Positions 23,001 to 35,343 of a stretch of 64,000 nucleotides of DNA are shown piece by piece. Each line of letters opens with the position of its first letter. Within the stretch, counting starts at the first letter, position 1. The notes beneath the pieces are model-generated. The model was not told where the DNA came from and searched no databases. It saw only the letters and a program-made list of their open reading frames with translations. Both the position numbers and the translations under genes were made by a program. Source of the stretch: Macrostomum hystrix (taxonomy: Eukaryota > Animalia > Platyhelminthes); assembly GCA_950097015.1 (NCBI GenBank), contig CATNEN010000038.1:15066001-15130000 (forward strand), read 5' to 3'.

Positions 23001-26000
23001 TTAAATGTTACTAATCGAATGGTTTAAGGTTGCTATGAAAATGTTTGAAGGTTGCTATGGTAATGAGTGAAGGTTGCTATGGGAATGAGTGAAGGTTGCT
23101 ATGGGAATGAGTGAATGTTGCTTTGAAAATGGTTGAAGGTTGCTATGGAAATGCCTAAATGTTGCTATGAAGATTTCAAGCGGGTGTGTGATGATTATTT
23201 ATCGGAAAATCACAATCTGCACTGCAGCCAGTTCAACTACCGGCCCTACCTGGTTAACTGGTGCCCCAACCTGAAGCTGCTTGACGGCGCGCCGGTGTCG
23301 GAGCCCGAGGCGCTCAAAGCTGAATGGCTCTATAGCCAGGGTAGGGCGCGCCACTTTGTTGCCGGGCAGCACGCCGAGCTAACAGCCTACCTGCGTCAGC
23401 ATTGCCCGCCTAGGGACGCCTCTCAGGAGTCCGACCTGCTAGCCAAAGTGTTGAACAAGCGCCGGCTGCATCGTCAGGAGGTGTCGGCTAGTCGAGCTTC
23501 GGCCGCTTCCGCCGCGGCTGCCGACGATATGGACGCCGGCTCGGTTCGGTCATCTTCATCTACGCTGAATCGTACGCTGAGCTTTGGTGTTGAGGGAGTC
23601 GGCGGCGGTGCTGGCGGAAGCGGTCAGTACCAACCGTTGCGACATTCCAACTTGAGGCCAAGCACCGCCCCCGATCAGCAGCAACGCTTGCCAGTTGCTA
23701 AGGCAAGTTATGTAACTTGATGGTAGCACTATTAGACATCTAGATCAAGCATAAACATATTTCTGGGATCTCAACTTGCAAGGATACTGAAATTAGGATC
23801 CTCACTGTTAAAGTTCCTCAAACTGGGATCACTTGCCTTTAATATACTCCAGTTGGGATCGCAAACCTTCAAGTTCAAGATCCTCAAATCAGGCTCCCGA
23901 ACACTCAAGATCAACATTTTGGGCTCGCCAACCTTCGTGATCCTCAAACTGGGATCGCGAACCCACAAGATCCTCAAACTGGGATCGCGAACCCACAAGA
24001 TCCTCAAACTGGGATCGCTTGCCTTTAAGTTCAAAATCCTCAAATTAGGATCCCTAACACTCAAGATCAACATTTTTTGTGCTCGATAACCTTCGTAATC
24101 CTCAAATTGGGATCGCGAACCCACAAAATCCTCAAATTAGGATCGCGAACCCACAAGATCCTCAAATTAGGATCCCGAACACTCAAGATCAACATATTGG
24201 GATCGCCAACATATTCGTGATCCTCAAATTGGGATCGCGGATCCGAAACTAAAGATTATTAAATAACACCGCCATTCTTTTATCTTGACTTTAGCAGCAA
24301 CAACAACAGCAGCAGCAGCAGCAGCCGCCTGCTTCGTCGCAGGCCACCGCAGGCTCTCGTCGAGTTGTCCGACTGCCGCCTCGGGCCACCCTGGGCTATG
24401 AGACTCACTCGTCGGATTCGGACACAGTCACCAGAGACGAAGAATTGAATAGCTCGATGTTGCACTCCGAATCTGTCTATGTTCCTGTTGCCGGCACCAA
24501 CGGTAGCAACAGTCGAATCTTGGCCTCTGTACAACCGATGCAATCAGCTCAGTCTCACCACCAGGGACCTCCTGGCAGTCCCGCAGCGCCGATGTCTGCT
24601 TTAGTTCAGCCCCAGCAGCAGCAGCAGCAACGGCAGAGACACCAGAATCAGCCTCCTAATTTATCGTCTGGCAATTCGGCCGATTTAGCTTTGAAGCCAC
24701 CGTCGCCGTCAGTTGACGGGCCGCATTTTGCCAGTCCGCGCAATGCCAAACCGGCTGCGGGCAACCCGACGACTCAGTTCGGGCCGGACGCATTGCTCAA
24801 TAAAGGTGAGCTTCATCAAATATTGATCTGCATTTATTCCGCTTTGCGATAACATTGTGACGAAACTGCTTATTAAAAAATGTCAAATCTCAGGCCCGCC
24901 GACACTGTTCTTGATACAATTTCTTAGAAATGTGTTTTAGAGGATTGTCCCGCATAGGCGTAAATTAAGTGATCGACAAGCTACATGGCAATGTGGCCTC
25001 GCTGTTAAATTAATCGTATCTATGGATACTTGGGTGAGAGACTAGCATGCTAAGCAATCTGCCAATCACCCCGTTCCCCTAGAAAAAAATTAAAATCCGA
25101 ATCACAGATTTTGTAACCACTGTCTGAAAAAATATATTTTAAAGAGCTTCTTATAAATTCCAAAATAGTTTTTCTTAGAAATCTTAAGCACCTGATAACT
25201 TAAAAGTCATAACCACTAAATTTCTTATAAATCATAAAATACTCAGTTTCTTAGAAATCCCAACCACCCAATAACTTAGAAATCCCAACCACCCGATAGC
25301 TTAGAAATCCCAACCACCCGATAGCTTAGAAATCCCAACCACCCGATAGCTTAGAAATCCCAACCACCCGATAGCTTAGATCAATCCCAACCACCCGATA
25401 GCTTAGAAATCCCAACCACCCGATAGCTTAGAAATCCCAACCACCCAATAGCTTAGAAATCCCAACCACCCGATAGCTTAGAAATCCCAACCACCCAATA
25501 GCTTAGAAATCCCAACCACCCGATAGCTTAGAAATCCCAACCACCCAATAGCTTAGAAATCCCAACCACCCAATAGCTTAGAAATCCCAACCACCCAATA
25601 ACTTAGAAATCCCAACCACCCGATAGCTTAGAAATCCCAACCACCCGATAGCTTAGAAATCCCAACCACCCGATAGCTTAGAAATCCCAACCACCCGATA
25701 GCTTAGAAATCCCAACCACCCAATAGCTTAGAAATCCCAACCACCCGATAGCTTAGAAATCCCAACCACCCAATAGCTTAGAAATCCCAACCACCCGATA
25801 GCTTAGAAATCCCAACCACCCAATAGCTTAGAAATCCCAACCACCCAATAGCTTAGAAATCCCAACCACCCAATAGCTTAGAAATCCCAACCACCCGATA
25901 GCTTAGAAATCCCAACCACCCAATAGCTTATAAATCCCAACCACCCGATAGCTTAGAAATCCCAACCACCCAATAGCTTAGAAATCCCAACCACCCGATA

Positions 26001-29000
26001 GCTTAGAAATCCCAACCACCCAATAGCTTAAAAATCCCAACCACCCGATTGCTTAGAAGTCTCAACCACCTGATTTCTTTTAAACCCCTAATATTTGATC
26101 TTCTTAATCTTAACCTGAGTCTTAAATCCTTAAATATTTAAATAACTTAATTTCTAAGAAATCCCAAACGCTGACTTTTTTAGAAATCCCGAAATATCAA
26201 TTTCTCAAAAACCCAAACCACCCAGTTTCTTAAAATTCCCAACCACTTAATTTCTTAGCAATACTCACAACTGAATTCCATAAATATCACGAGTGAACGC
26301 TACTGCCAGGTACATTGCGCTGAAATACCTTTAAAAGTTGGTCAGTTTTGACTTTGTTATATTATTTACCAATGAAATTAGAAGTTTTAGATAATTTCTT
26401 CTCATTATTTCTATAGGCTTCACTCTGCGGCAATTAAGTATGTTTCAGTTTTTTTGTGATTGTGTCTTCTTGCACAAATGCGCCTTCACACAGCACTTTT
26501 AAATAATGCAATCGCATGCTAAGTATTAGAGTGGTGCATGTTGTCCTTTGATTGTTGAAACTTTAGTTCAGTGGTAAAAATTTCTGACTTCCGATCGAGA
26601 GGTCGGGAGTTCGAATCTCGGCCCAACGATGGAACTATTTAAGTTTTTAACTAGAGTGAACTCTGTATTTAGTTTAGCCAGCTGTAAAATGGGGTAGCTG
26701 GGATAGACATTTCATATGCGTAGGCGGGCACCCTCTCCAGGCTATTGACATCAATTAGCTGCACATTCGGCCCTAATTGAAACTTAAAAAAAATATTTTT
26801 GTTAGATATTCTCCGTCTTATAATATTAAAAATAATTGCGGGAGGACAGCGGGCAGTGGCACATCATTTGGTGACACTAGACCCGCAGCCAGCGAGGAGG
26901 CAATTCTGCCCGTTTCGCTGACTCCTGAGCACACACGCACACAGATTACCTGTTCGCAGGCACACGCTCACACAGGTGTGTACATCTGCTCTGACTTTCT
27001 CATCGTCAGTCAGTGTACACTCTCACTGTGCCATGGAGGTTGGCCCTCAAAGGCGTAAATTGCACGACAAGCCCCCAAGCCTTCTCTCTGCGGCTGCGCC
27101 CCAAATGAATGTGGCCTCGCCGCGGAATCGAACTTAGGGACCTTGGTGCGAGAGGCAAACTCGTTAACCGCTCTGCTACTCACCCCCTTATTTTGTCAGT
27201 CTTCATGTAGTTCTGTTATTTGCATCGAATTTATTTTCTGCAATTATTGTGGTGCTAAGTTACATATACCGTATATATTATTTTTATGTGAATTTTGGTA
27301 TTCGATCCTCTCAAATCCCATGCTAAGCCTTTAGTCCTCCTAAATCCACGTATTAAATCTTAAATAACCCTAGATCAGCATAATCATTCTGCAATCCTCC
27401 CATCCAAATGTTGAATCCCCGATCCCTTTATCATCCTATATCCAAATCTCCAAAACACTGATTGTGATTCTCTGATCCTTTAAGAGATCCCAATATTAAA
27501 TTTAATATTATCCCAAATCCCAATATTAATTCTGTGATCCTCCTAAATCCTCACGTATAGTCTCCAAAATCCTCCCAGATCCCAATGTTAAATCCCCAAT
27601 CCTCCCAGATCCCAATTTAAAAAAGCCCTCATCCTCCAAGATATCATGTTAAATCCCTAATCCTCCCAGATCCCAATGTTAAATCCCCAAACCTCCCAGA
27701 TCCGAATGTTAAATCCCCAATCCTCCCAGATCCCAATGTTAAATCTCTAATCATACCAGATCCCAATCTTAAATCCCAATCCTCCCAGATCCCAATGTTA
27801 AATCCCCAAACCTTCCAGATCCGAATGTTAAATCCCCAATCCTCCGAGATCCCAATTAAAAAAACCACTCATCCTCCCAGATATCAATGTTAAATCCCTA
27901 ATCCTCCCAGATCCCAATTTTAAATCCCCAATCCTCCCAGATCCCAATGTTAAATCCCCAATCCTCCCAGATCCCAATTTAAAAAAACCCTCATCCTCCA
28001 ATATATCAATGTTAAATCCCTAATCGTCCCAGATCCCAATTTTAAATCCCCCATTCTCCAAGATCCCTATGTTAAATCCCCGATCCTCCCAGATCCTAAT
28101 CTTAAATGCCCGATCCTCCCAGATCCCAATGTTAAATCCCTAATCTTCCCTAACTCCTAGATCGAGTCCGAAATCCTCCCAGATCCTATTTTGCGGTAAA
28201 ATTGCTCCCAGCAGATTCCTGTTTTGAGCACTCCCATTCTATTTCTTGTAGGACTGCACGCGGCAGCCGTTCGCATCCAGTCAGCCTGGCGGGGCTATCG
28301 GGCGCGTCACCTCAATCCGCGCATTCGTCTGCTGAGGGAGCGCCTCTATCGCCGGCGTGTCCAGCAGCACCTGGCCTTCCTTCATCGCCAACTGGAGGCC
28401 TATCACGAGTCCTATCAGCAGGAGCGCCGGTGTCGCCTGCTCCAGGTTGAAGCGATTCGCTGCCTACTAGCCGAAGTTGAGCAGTTAAAAAGCTGGCAGC
28501 CGGCTGTTAACGCTTCGCTGCAAAGATTGGACGAGCGCAGCGATAGAGCCGACAATGAGATCAACCGGCTGCGCGAACTGTTTCGTCGACGAAGATTCGA
28601 CGGAGAAGACTCCGGCCAGGACGATGTCGACGCGGTTACGGCCGGCGTTGGTGGCGCCTCAGAAACTGTCGACACGGCGACGGTCGTGACAGATCTGCTG
28701 AGCAGTGTCAAGCATCCGGGATGTCCTCTGCCTCCAACCATGGTTACCGTGGCCAGCGTCGTTGGAGACGGCGGTGGCGTTAGATCTATCGAAGTCAAAT
28801 GGCAACCGTCCGATGGCTTGGTCACTTCGCAAGGTGAGACATTTTTAATCATCAATGACCATTTGTTATAACAGTAGAACTACCAAGTCGGATAATGTAA
28901 CAATATTGTGCTGCACCCGAACGGAGTAACGCAAGCACACGAAACTCAAGAACACGGGCCAACTTTTTGTTGCGCATCATCTGAAATAAGAATCAAGTCG

Positions 29001-30102
29001 GCATCTCTTCAGACAGTCAAGATATTCAATTGTTCTGGCCGAAGGTCAGATTTTTACCATAAGCGCTTGTGTATTTGATTTGCCCTATACACGAATTAGC
29101 ACTGCGCCTCAGTGCGGCCTTGCCAGGCATTTAAGATTTATCTGAATGTCACCCGAATGTGCCTGCATCATCTCCGTCTTCGGTGGTCACCTACCTTTAA
29201 CTCGACGGATTTGCTGGACCTTCAAAGGCTACAACAGGCAGAAATTGGCCACTATGGACACCCTGACGCGTCCATTTGTTAATTTATTTTAACCAATATG
29301 GATTTGCCATAGAGTTTTAAACAGTGCAATGTTGGTTGTCCTTGTCACCAGGATCGCTGAATATCCCGATGACGCTGACTTAGACGGCTTTGAAAGTCAG
29401 TTTATCGTACGTGAAGGGCGGAAAATGTAGAGTCAAATGGTGGACTTTAACAAAAATCGGTTATTCGGTTTTGGAGCTATCGTGAAGTAGGCAGTGGGTA
29501 TTTGAAACACCGCCGTGTACTTCCTACTGATTAATTAAGGGCCGAATTGATAAATTGTTTAATAGCCAATAAAATACCCCGTTTTATGTTTATCCGTTGC
29601 ATGAAAAATTTCACCAGGCACCCTAAAACCCGACGGTGTGACCGGCTACGCTGTCTACATCAACGGAGCTGAGAAGGCCAGAGTCTACGACTCCAAGTGC
29701 AGCTGTTCTATTCCGTTGCCAACCACGTTGCTAACGACTCCGTCTGCACCAATTAGCGTCGCTGTAGCCGCCGTCTCGGATCTTGGCGAATCTTGTTTAT
29801 CAAATCCGCCAGCCAGATTTCGAATCGATGGCCTGCAGCAGCTGCCTGGAGCCAGGCCGATTCAGGACGTCACCACCGACGAGGATGTCGACGATGAAGA
29901 TCCAATCAGTAGTCGCAGTAGCGACGCCTACGAGCGAGCCGACGTTGAAGATGTGGCCGCGGCTGCGGCGCGTATGCTCAGCCTGACACCAGCCGATGGC
30001 AGCGACGCCGAGGTCAGCGTGGTTGGCGGTGTTGGCCTCGTCGGCGAGGTTACCGAATTTCTCGATATTCCATCTTCGAATGCCACTTCGTTTGCTAATT
30101 AG
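20002..30102 (+). CDS. CEP97: Centrosomal protein 97 (LRR + IQ), about 889 aa; exons 20002-20163, 20859-21017, 21105-21206, 21282-21395, 22734-22813, 23228-23702, 24295-24805, 28252-28833, 29618-30102
   Basis: N-terminal LRRs; the signature [19 protein letters not shown]...[11 protein letters not shown]; IQ motif [15 protein letters not shown] followed by a coiled coil; splice phases are consistent. Confidence 0.9.
20290..20725. repeat. 21-bp minisatellite in CEP97 intron 1
   Basis: Alternating taccactaggtt(a/g)cc... variants. Confidence 0.9.
21424..22682. mobile_element. Non-autonomous TTAA-specific (piggyBac-like) DNA element in CEP97 intron 4
   Basis: ttaa|cagtaggactaccaag ... cttggtagttctactc|ttaa; body shared with 1650-2171. 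Confidence 0.75.
21552..22209. mobile_element. hAT MITE nested inside the TTAA element, carrying a purine-rich tandem repeat
   Basis: TIRs caggggtaggcaaact/agtttgccgacccctg; perfect 8-bp TSD gactaggc (21544-21551 and 22210-22217). Confidence 0.88.
22840..23165. repeat. Degenerate ~21-bp minisatellite
   Basis: gaaggttgctatgggaatg.. units. Confidence 0.75.
23765..24245. repeat. Degenerate ~30-bp minisatellite
   Basis: atcctcaaactgggatcgcgaacccacaag units. Confidence 0.75.
25250..26055. repeat. 25-bp minisatellite
   Basis: atagcttagaaatcccaaccaccc(g/a), about 32 units. Confidence 0.95.
26562..26760 (+). mobile_element. tRNA-derived SINE (family B)
   Basis: agttcagtggtaaaa...gggagttcgaatctc A/B-box-like head without an acceptor stem. 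Confidence 0.55.
26836..27185 (-). mobile_element. tRNA-derived SINE (family A)
   Basis: Homologous to 37455-37668, 42245-42592, 49082-49347 and 52610-52875. Confidence 0.8.
27560..28190. repeat. ~30-bp minisatellite
   Basis: atcctcccagatcccaatgttaaatcccca units. Confidence 0.85.
28872..29529. mobile_element. Inverted, degenerate copy of the TTAA DNA element
   Basis: Starts cagtagaactaccaag; reverse-complement homology to 1760-2130 and 22270-22630. Confidence 0.65.
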
Positions 30103-30204
30103 GCGTTGCGTTATTCATTGCTATTAATATTTGAACTCCTATTATTAGCACTACAGATTAAATCAACACGCTGATACCTGATCAAAGTCACACTGATAAA
30201 TGAA

Positions 30205-31370
30205 TAATCAGCCACACTGATCCCTTAACAATCAGAGCCACACTGATCCCTGAACAATCAGCCACACTGATCCCTGAACAATCAGCCACACTGATCCCTG
30301 AACAATCAGAGCCACACTGATCCCTGAACAATCAGCCACACTGATCCCTGAACAATCAGAGCCACACTGATCCCTGAACAATCAGCCACACTGATCCCTG
30401 AACAATCAGCCACACTGATACCTGAACAATCAGAGCCACACTGATCCCTGAACAATCAGCCACACTGATCCCTGAACAATCAGCCACACTGATACCTGAA
30501 CAATCAGAGCCACACTGATCCCTGAACAATCAGCCACACTGATCCCTGAACAAACAGCCACACTGATCCCTGAACAATCAGCCACACTGATCCCTGAACA
30601 ATCAGCCACACTGATCCCTGAACAATCAGCCACACTGATCCCTGAACAATCAGCCACACTGATCCCTGAACAATCAGAGCCACACTGATCCCTGAACAAT
30701 CAGAGCCACACTGATCCCTGAACAATCAGCCACACTGATCCCTGAACAATCAGAGCCACACTGATCCCTGAACAATCAGCCACACTGATCCCTGAACAAT
30801 CAGCCACACTGATCCCTGAACAATCAGCCACACTGATCCCTGAACAATCAGCCACACTGATCCCTGAACAATCAGCCACACTGATCCCTGAACAATCAGA
30901 GCCACACTGATCCCTGAACAATCAGCCACACTGATCCCTGAACAATCAGAGCCACACTGATCCCTGAACAATCAGCCACACTGATCCCTGAACAATCAGC
31001 CACACTGATCCCTGAACAATCAGCCACACTGATCCCTGAACAATCAGAGCCACACTGATCCCTGAACAATCAGAGCCACACTGATCCCTGAACAATCAGC
31101 CACACTGATCCCTGAACAATCAGCCACACTGATCCCTGAACAATCAGAGCCACACTGATCCCTGAACAATCAGAGCCACACTGATCCCTGAACAATCAGA
31201 GCCACACTGATACCTGAACAATCAGAGCCACACTGATCCCTGAACAATCAGAGCCACACTGATCCCTGAACAATCAGCCACACTGATCCCTGAACAATCA
31301 GAGCCACACTGATCCCTGAACAATCAGAGCCACACTGATCCCTGAACAATCAGAGCCACACTGATACCTG
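30205..31370. repeat. 24/26-bp minisatellite
   Basis: aacaatcag(ag)ccacactgatccctg. Confidence 0.95.
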
Positions 31371-31849
31371 CATGTCTCTCGAATATAGCTGACTAGAAAG
31401 CCTAATTTAGCAAGCAATATCACAGCAGAGTTGTCCTGCTTAACGCATATTCGATACATATCGTTACTATGCAACACTCGTAGTGGTAGTCATATTTAAA
31501 TGGAATTTTTCGAAACTTAAAACAAATTTACTACTTAATCTACCATACTGTGTTTACGTAAGTAGCATGCGAAGAACATTATTGTACAGCTAAATATTTC
31601 TGCAGTGTTTTTAGTTTGTTCTGTGAACGTTTGGCTCAAAATAAATGCACATTCCATGACGTCTAGTGTTATGACCAAGTTTATTTACTGTTGGCCTACC
31701 TACATTTATAATTGCACGTAAACATACGCGTAGTGCCAGTTCTAAATGCCAGTTATGTTATGCTTTTTTAGTTATTTGTTAGACAGATGTATCCTGTTAG
31801 ACAATGTTGTTTCCTGTCAGAGAGGGATTTCATCCTGTTAGACTGACAG

Positions 31850-32745
31850 ATTGTATCCTGTCAGACAGATTTTATCCTGTTAGACGGGGTCGTATCCTGT
31901 TAGACTGGGATTGTATCCTGTGAGACGGGGATTGTATCCTGTCAGACTGGGATTGTATCCTGTGAGACGGGGATTGTATCCTGTTAGACTGGGATTGTAT
32001 CCTGTTAGACTGGGATTGTATCCTGTTAGACTGGGATTGTATCCTGTGAGACTGGGATTGTATCCTGTGAGACGGGGATTGTATCCTGTTAGACTGGGAT
32101 TGTATCCTGTTAGACTGGGATTGTATCCTGTTAGACTGGGATTGTATCCTGTTAGACTGGGATTGTATCCTGTGAGACTGGGATTGTATCCTGTTAGACT
32201 GGGATTGTATCCTGTGAGACTGGGATTGTATCCTGTTAGACTGGGATTGTATCCTGTGAGACTGGGATTGTATCCTGTGAGACTGGGATTGTATCCTGTG
32301 AGACTGCGATTGTATCCTGTGAGACTGGGATTGTATCCTGTGAGACTGGGATTGTATCCTGTGAGACTGGGATTGTATCCTGTGAGACTGGGATTGTATC
32401 CTGTGAGACGGGGATTGTATCCTGTTAGACGGGGATTGTATCCTGTGAGATGGGGATTGTATCCTGTGAGACTGGGATTGTATCCTGTGAGACGGGGATT
32501 GTATCCTGTGAGACTGGGATTGTATCCTGTTAGACTGGGATTGTATCCTGTGAGACTGGGATTGTATCCTGTGAGACGGGGATTGTATCCTGTTAGACTG
32601 GGATTGTATCCTGTTAGACTGGGATTGTATCCTGTTAGACTGGGATTGTATCCTGTGAGACTGGGATTGTATCCTGTTAGACTGGGATTGTATCCTGTGA
32701 GACTGGGATTGTATCCTGTTAGACTGGGATTGTATCCTGTTAGAC
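31850..32745. repeat. 21-bp minisatellite
   Basis: gattgtatcctgt(t/g)agac(t/g)gg. Confidence 0.95.
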
Positions 32746-33169
32746 AATGTGATCTTTTTGTTAAACATGCTTACAAATAAAATGCTATTACTTATTTAAA
32801 TTGTATAAAAGCTAGTTTTCGGAAGTGAAATTCATTCCCAACCTTTGTTATGCTGATTTCCTGTCACAATTTCCAGTACGTTTTAACTTTTTTCTATTTA
32901 AACTTTTATTAATCTTTTTTTAGTGTGCCCGTCCAAAAATTTTCTGGATATTTATTAACTAAGTCTTTGTTTGTGTTCATTTTCTAATCTAATAACAAAG
33001 AACATGCCAGCCAACGAACCATATGCTTTTCTAATATAAAATATATGTTACTATGCTTCTTACGTCTCATCGTCTGAGATCAGCTATTATTCTAAGGCAC
33101 GCACTTTCTTTTGTAATTTAGGCCATGTTATACTGTCGGACGTTTTGTAGTATGGGTGAGGGTGACAGA

Positions 33170-33975
33170 TTTGAGTTCCATCTGTCAGACTAGAGTTTCG
33201 TCTGTCAGACTAGAGTTTCATCTGTCAGACTAGAGTTTCACCTATCAGATTAGAGTTTCACCTGTCAGATTAGAGTTCCACCTCTCAGACTAGAGTTTCA
33301 TCTGTCAGACTAGAGTTTCATCTGTCAGACTAGAGTTTCATCTGTCAGACTAGAGTTTCACCTATCAGATTAGAGTTTCACCTGTCAGATTAGAGTTCCA
33401 CCTCTCAGACTAGAGTTTCATCTGTCAGACTAGAGTTTCATCTGTCAGACTAGAGTTTCATCTGTCAGACTAGAGTTTCACCTATCAGATTAGAGTTTCA
33501 CCTGTCAGATTAGAGTTTCACCTGTCAGATTAGAGTTTCACCTATCAGATTAGAGTTTCACCTATCAGATTAGAGTTTCACCTCTCAGATTAGAGTTTCA
33601 CCTATCAGATTAGAGTTTCACCTGTCAGACTAGAGTTTAATCTGTCAGATTAGAGTTTCACCTGTCAGGTTAGAGTTTCATCTGTCAGACTAGAGTTTCA
33701 CCTATCAGATTAGAGTTTTACCTATCAGATTAGAGTTCCACCTCTCAGATTAGAGTTTCACCTGTCAGACTAGAGTTTAATCTGTCAGATTAGAGTTTCA
33801 CCTGTCAGGTTAGAGTTTCATCTGTCAGACTAGAGTTTCACCTATCAGATTAGAGTTTTACCTATCAGATTAGAGTTCCACCTGTCCGATTAGAGTTCCA
33901 TCTGTCAGATTAGAGTTCCATCTGTCAGATTAGAGTTTTATATGTCAGACTAGAGTTTCATCTGTCAGGTTATAG
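33170..33975. repeat. 20-bp minisatellite
   Basis: tagagtttca(t/c)ctgtcaga(c/t). Confidence 0.95.
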
Positions 33976-34262
33976 TTTTGCACGTTCGATAGGGATTTTA
34001 CCTGTCAGATTACGAGTTGAGTTTGACCTGTTGAGCTTTAATTAGAGCTTTAATTGTTAGATCGGAGTTTTACCTGTTGGATTTCATTTTCACCCGTTTG
34101 TAATTTTACCGGTTATATTTGTTTTCACCAGTTTGATTGCAGTTTTGATGTATTTAGAATGTAGTTTCACCTGTTAAAGTGGTGTTTCACCGGTTAGATT
34201 TCAGTTTCACTGTTTAGATTGTAACTTTGCCGCTAAGATTAGATTTGAGATTATAGATATAA

Positions 34263-35310
34263 TATAGCATTTTGCAGGCTAGTAGAGAAAACAAGCAAGC
34301 AATTAAATAATCGATGACAAAGTCAGTGGAATTTTTTACACTCTATGGTCAAAGCCATGCGCATTCCTGCAACCAAATAAATAATGTGAGCACGCAATTC
34401 ATAAGTCATCAGTTCTTGTGTTTCTTCAGCTCGAAATGGACGCAATCGACATCGAGGAAGATGACATTTTTAAGGAGGATGGAGACAGCTTTGTCACAGC
34501 GGAGGACGCAGTTCAGGCGGCGGCAGCACGTGGTCCGTACTCCAAGATAAGCAACGAAAGATGAACTGATAGTCAGTGCGCTTGAGCGAGGCTGCACAGT
34601 GCTGTTCAGATTTCGAGTTTTTTTAATGTAAAGGTACCAACTGTGTATACTATCCAACGGCGCTACGAGCTGACGGGACGTCGTGATCGACTTAAGTCAT
34701 GCAGCTGCCGCCGTACTCACAATTTTTGAATCCGACTGAGAGTGCGCACTCCTGTCTGAAGGCGACAATAAAACGTCAGTTGTCTTTGCCCCAAGTTCAG
34801 CTCGAACTTGACAATCCCTCACCACAGACAACACTATGCGAGTGGCGAATTCTTGTTCTTCAGAGAATCGCAGAGGAAGCAACTTCCGAAATCACACCGG
34901 TCAAATGTGGAGGATGGTTTCGGAATGCACTCCGCTTCATCCCTAGATGTGTCGCGGGAGAAGACATCGTTTGATTTCTGCCATATATCGGACAGCTTCA
35001 CTGAAGGAAATCTTTTTCGAGTTTCATTTTGTACTTTTCCCTGGGTTTTGCGTACAAGTTTTTCATATGTTTCGTCATATTAAATAGTCACTTTTTGTAC
35101 CACACCATTTAGCTTCTTAAATATACAGCATCACAGTTAGCTGTCGAATGTTTGCTAAGCATTGAGAATTGATGAATTGCGTGCTCACATTATTTATTTG
35201 GTTGCAGGAATGCACATGGCTTTGACCATAGAGTGTAAAAATTCCACTGACTTTGTCATTGATTATTTAATTGCTTGCTTGTTTTCTCTACTAGCCTGCA
35301 AAATGCGATA
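34263..35310 (+). mobile_element. Internally deleted IS630/Tc1-like DNA transposon
   Basis: ~140-bp TIRs (34263-34402 and 35172-35310) with TA ends; N-terminal HTH remnant from 34436; DDE C-terminal motif LPPYSQFLNPTE at 34699-34974. Confidence 0.85.
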
Positions 35311-35343
35311 ATGAAACTATTGCAGGTAAATCAGTGTTGTGCC

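Noticed and set aside
30205-33975. Regular repeat arrays as possible CRISPR arrays
   Set aside because: Units are head-to-tail with no unique spacers, there are no cas genes, and the context is eukaryotic.
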